64,000 nucleotides of DNA, taken from contig LPNZ01007654.1 in NCBI GenBank assembly GCA_001655205.1, forward strand, positions 6,662-70,661. Direction: 5' to 3'. Below the pieces are notes generated by a model that was given only the letters and a program-made list of their open reading frames with translations, had not been told where the DNA came from and ran no database searches. Shown here one piece after another: positions 59,701 to 64,000 of the stretch (its first letter is position 1; the number at the start of each line of letters is the position of its first letter). The position numbers were made by a program, and so were the translations under genes. This DNA comes from Lenisia limosa (Eukaryota > Protista > Breviatea).

Positions 59701-61676
59701 ACCGAATAGTCAGCAGATCACACACGTTTTGAGTAGGACCGCGAGGTCAACAGCGCCCGTCACAGCCGCCTCTGCAGTGCAAACATTGGGTGCTCCAAAT
59801 GAGAATATCTTTGATTGATGAGAGTGATAATGCAATTGGGGAATGATAATACCAAAATAAATCTTTTCTTTATCAATATCACGCTTACATGTGATTGCCT
59901 TAAAACGTCCAGGATATAGCCTCCATGTGAAACTGCTAACTCTACAGTATGAAGGTAATTCCCTGTCTCGTGTTGATAAATTCTGATTGTTGGCCAACCT
60001 TCAATTTCTTGTGTGTATTTGAACATCCATTTTGTGAAATCTTGTGCCTGTGATGTCAGTTTCAGCTGTCTTGCGTTAATTATAGCTTACATTTAGATTT
60101 TCCTCAAGCTCTTTAAAGTTTACGAGGTTAACAAAGACAATGAATACCATTTCGAATACATGGATTTCTTTGCTGAGTTCCGAAGAGCATTGCTATAGGG
60201 TTCAATTTTTACAATATGATATGATTATTAAAAATGAACATCTGGCAAACCAAAAGACACTCCAAAGGCGATAGTCGAGCTTTTAGCAGCTGAACATCGG
60301 ACTTGAGCTTCACCATTGATTCTCTGTTGGTATTTAACAGTTGCCGGAGGGATGTCTTTTCAATTGCTATAAACTGCATGACAATTATTCTTGAACATTA
60401 GTAAATGCAACAGAAATTACCCGAAAAGCAGAAAGAAAAATGTTTTAGCTGATTTCTCAAGCTGTAAATCTGACTCGGAACTAACAGCTAAAACTAAAAC
60501 TATCAGTGGGAACAATACATGCCGTATTAACACTTCACAATGCTGTCTCGTACTCAATAGAAGGGCCACAAAAATAGCAGTAAAAACAGCTCTTCCCTGG
60601 TGAATTAACCCTCCCATTTCACTAAATTGTCAACTAAACAAGACAGTGGTTGAAGTTTAGCTCTTATTTTCAACTTACATCACAATCAAAAGGAAGGCAA
60701 AATGTTTGGCTCTGATTGGTTATTGAAGAAGTTACCAAAACTCACATGTAATAATTGCTTCGAGTGGGATAGGCTAAAACAGTTATTTAAAATTAGATTA
60801 TTGGCCATACTGAATGTTTTGAATTACACCATACCTGAATCTTCATATGTTGACACAACAAGAACTGAAACAAGGCAAAAAATCCACACAATTCCAAGAA
60901 TAACCTCAAGAGAATAATAAGCTCAAATGTGCATGTATTTCTACCTGGATTTTGATTTTCTCTATTCCAAGAAGATCTCTAAGAGATTAGTGTTTAGAAA
61001 GGCACAGGTGTTTCACATGACAAACAGCATACAGTACTTCTTTTGCTGTGCTGGTTTTGAGAGTGCTTCGACATATCATGAAACGGACACCTATCATCTA
61101 GGCATGATTAGGACCAATGGTATTCAACTATAACATACCATAAGTATTGATATAGAGTACAGTATTATTTCAGTTTCTAAAGATCCTCCACCTGCTTGTC
61201 CACTTATCCTAAAATGTAATTTTGAATTACAATAGTGACAACAAGCTCCACCAACACATCAAACAATCCTGTTGTCAAAAGCAAAACTGCCATAAACAGA
61301 GATGACACCTGAATCAGTAACCAAGTGTATCACAATTGTAATGCCAAAAGTGGACATTGGATATTGGTTCTATAACAATTACCACAAACCTTACCTTGAA
61401 CTCTTCATAGCCATGAATTATCCTGTTTTTCTCTTTTGGAATTTTAACTGGAAATTCTTCTGTTTTGGTATCATCCTCGGATATTTCAGAGCTATCATCT
61501 GTAGAACTATTGGCAGAACCTATATCGTGATATACAGTTATCCAATGCATATCACAACATAGGTATTTTCACTACATATGATATCAGCCAAAATATTGCT
61601 TGCAGCATTTCCACTTACTACCAGCTTCCATGTTTCTCTTCTGAGACGAAGATTGCTCCTCATTGACAGAGTTCAT
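53710..61676 (-). CDS. Transmembrane class III nucleotidyl cyclase-like protein (TM block-C1-TM block-C2-low-complexity tail), probable pseudoenzyme
   Basis: Hydrophobic exons at 60400-61330 and 56830-57700. C1-like: VFIVFVNLVNFKEL, IRIYQHETGNYL, IVIGLGASPGSV, NVGEPGDIVVT. Pre-C2 helix: IDLLLRAFPPHV. C2-like: IAVMNVNIIQF, FWIMSGLPG, MFGLALDL, VCGVISSYQPRYMAWGAVVAASS..ARPDGVVI. Some exon joins are unresolved. Confidence 0.72.
56661..56790. repeat. Intronic tandem repeat, ~40-bp unit x3, adjacent to an acceptor of the cyclase-like gene
   Basis: GTCATCAAATGCCTAAGTGATGAAT..AACAAAGCAGACA repeats with small indels. Confidence 0.85.
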
Positions 61677-62149
61677 TTTGGGATGCGTTTTACATCGAAA
61701 AGAAATAACCTATCTTGAATAAGCGTATACTATTGGTTACTTGTTAATAATTGTTGATTTATTCGATAGTAAACATGGGAAATATCATTCCTTGGACTCG
61801 AGACCTGTTTAAATTTAAGACCTATAATTCCCAATAAGGCAAGTATTTCAAATTTTTGCATATATGATCCAAAGATCTCGACGATAACCAAAAACAGTCG
61901 AGAATTCTTTTGTTTCTTTTCTATAGCAGTTCCTTTGATAGATATAGAAGAAATGAGTGTGTATACCTAAAATGGGGCCCGACATTTCCACATTACCTTC
62001 CAGGCTTCACATCTCGCACATGACACATGCCTTGTCACAGCTCTGTCAACTCTCTGATTCCATGTTTCCATGAATCAGAAATGAATTAATAAATTTTGTG
62101 TTTGCAAAAGAGCCGCCAAAAATGACCCGTATGATATCTACATGTACAT

Positions 62150-64000
62150 ATGTCACGCCTTAAAGTCATCTAACTACCACCTTCGCTCTTATTTCATTGA
62201 CCACTCCGCCACAATTAAATGAACATACGAAACAATACATTATATAATACCATACCAATTAAACCATTACCCTAGGTTTTGGCGACTTTGCGTCACTGTC
62301 AGGGTCAGAGGGGGCCGAAACAAATTCGAATATATTAACTTTATTGAATTAATCTGATATGTAAGAGGGTTTTAAGAAAGAAAAAACAATGTTTGTAATT
62401 TGAAAAGAACTTGTTTTTGTTAATACAACATAAATAGCAAACCTTTTTGCGATCATAAGAGATTCATCAGTCACCTAAAACAGAATAAAAACCAGAGTGT
62501 GAACGACAAAACGAACCACTATCGACGGCACAGAATACTGTGTACACAAGGACCGTCCCCTACCTTTGCTTCATAAAGATGCCATATCAAACAGACCGTG
62601 TAGAGTGCAACCAAAATATCTACAGTGTAGTGCTAGAGGGTTATAAGGAGACAGCAAGCAAGAAGCCTACCTTCCTGGCAGCAATAATCATGACTATCTG
62701 GATAGCAAGGGAGGCGCCAACCTACAGAGTAACTATTTTGTACCCATCAAGAGGAACTCAAGGATCAAGTTGGGATTATCAAAGCATACCATATATCGGA
62801 TCTTGCTGATAGGGGAATGGTCACCGTATTTAAGAACACAAAGACTCAGAATTGTGGCCATGAGAGTGTGACCAGAGAATATTAAGTCAGCACAGCCCTT
62901 CGTAGTGTTTGTCCTCGTTAAGCTGGGGAGGGGGGGGGGTGAAATGAAAGGAAATTTCGGAAATTTCGATGAAGAATATTGGCGTAAAGGTACTTCACGA
63001 ACCGAATAACCTGAAACTCCAAACAAAAAAAAAGCAGGGGAGAGTAAGAAGGAAATTAGTTAACTAATGAGACCGAATTCATATTGAATAATTAAAAAAA
63101 ATACCCCGTAAGAATGAAGTTTTGATAAAATCGACAGCATCATGGGAAAGCCTACATTTCCCAGAAGTTCGTAGGGGGATCATATTCAGCGGAACCCATG
63201 CGACAATGGTGAGCAGGTGAAGGAAGAACAGTTACCTGAGTGGATGGATTATTAGAAAAACTGTCTGGAAGGAGCATTAAGACAAATAAACAGCTGATTG
63301 AATTCTACATTATTCGCATTGTTAGAAATGATCTTCATTCCTCTCATGGCCAACCATAAAAGTGGCGCATCTGAGAACTTGAGCGCACATGCAAACAACA
63401 AAACACCGTCGTGCTACGAGGACACTTTTATAGGGTGATTGTCTGGGGTGTGAAATTAGAAGGGATAGACACAGTATGATATAATACCATGGTATAGTAG
63501 AAAAAAAAGAGTTTTCGGCCAAAAGTGTTCACATCATCATTCTTAAAGCGGAATCTAGTATGTGAATACTAGTAGACAAAATGAAGAACGTTAGCAATCC
63601 TCCCACTGATACAATGGCGCAGTCATGACAATGATAGCTAGCCCCCAGTTGAACATGAAACACACCTGAAGGGTAAAAGCTCTTTAGAAGAAAACTATCA
63701 ATTCAAATAACGACTGTGAACCACGAAAAGCCGACCCTCCTACTTCGCTTATCCAGGTCCAATCTTCAGAGAGAGGTGGTATATTCTAAAGATAATAAAC
63801 ATCAGACAACACAAAGAACTCACCCAAAACAATACCCCCCATGTAGAGACTATCAGTCCCTCCCCTCACATAGTAGCCAAGGTCAAAAAGCAGCGGCCCG
63901 GGTGTGTGGAGATAGTGAACCCAATTCGTGAAGATGGAATGCACAAACTGCATCACAATACTAAACAGGTCAAATAAGGATGGGGCGGGGGGGGGGGGTC
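62150..64000 (-). CDS. Inositol-phosphorylceramide/sphingomyelin synthase-family protein of plant/protist IPCS type; 5' end beyond the right edge
   Basis: WVHYLHTPGPLLFDLGY (plant GVHYIHRPGPTLQDLGF), QVLRCATFMVTVLPSPAHHCR, the D3 motif GCADLIFSGHT and the D4 motif IIAARKHYTVDILVALYT. The stop position is approximate. Confidence 0.88.

Noticed and set aside
57700-61676. First guess of a Patched/RND-family transporter from the TM blocks
   Set aside because: No sterol-sensing or GxxxD motifs were found. The soluble exons align with class III cyclase motifs instead.

Overview
Gene-dense, intron-rich genomic DNA from a microbial eukaryote. Introns are GT-AG and mostly ~35-350 nt, and several N gaps abut G/C homopolymers. 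I spliced exons by hand and found 13 protein-coding genes: DNA-PKcs (minus strand, 3' part runs off the left edge); an N-terminally acylated NDP kinase-ankyrin fusion; an AHCY/IRBIT-like protein with a Ser/Asp-rich N-terminal extension and altered active-site residues; EB1; a signal-peptide PPC/DUF296 protein; Sec3/EXOC1; PPWD1; a type I PRMT; a YGR210C-like Obg GTPase; a plant/protist At3g54190-like WD40 protein; a secreted sushi + RCC1-repeat protein; a transmembrane adenylyl-cyclase-shaped protein whose two cyclase domains both look catalytically dead; and a plant/protist-type IPC/sphingomyelin synthase (5' part runs off the right edge). Four gene pairs are head-to-head with 195-356 bp between start codons. 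Non-coding features: a ~100-bp TA-flanked MITE family (6 copies, all in DNA-PKcs introns), short tandem duplications that repeatedly copy splice junctions, and C-homopolymer polypyrimidine tracts. I saw no rRNA, tRNA or CRISPR. All gene models are manual, family calls rest on motifs recalled from known proteins, and no database search was run.
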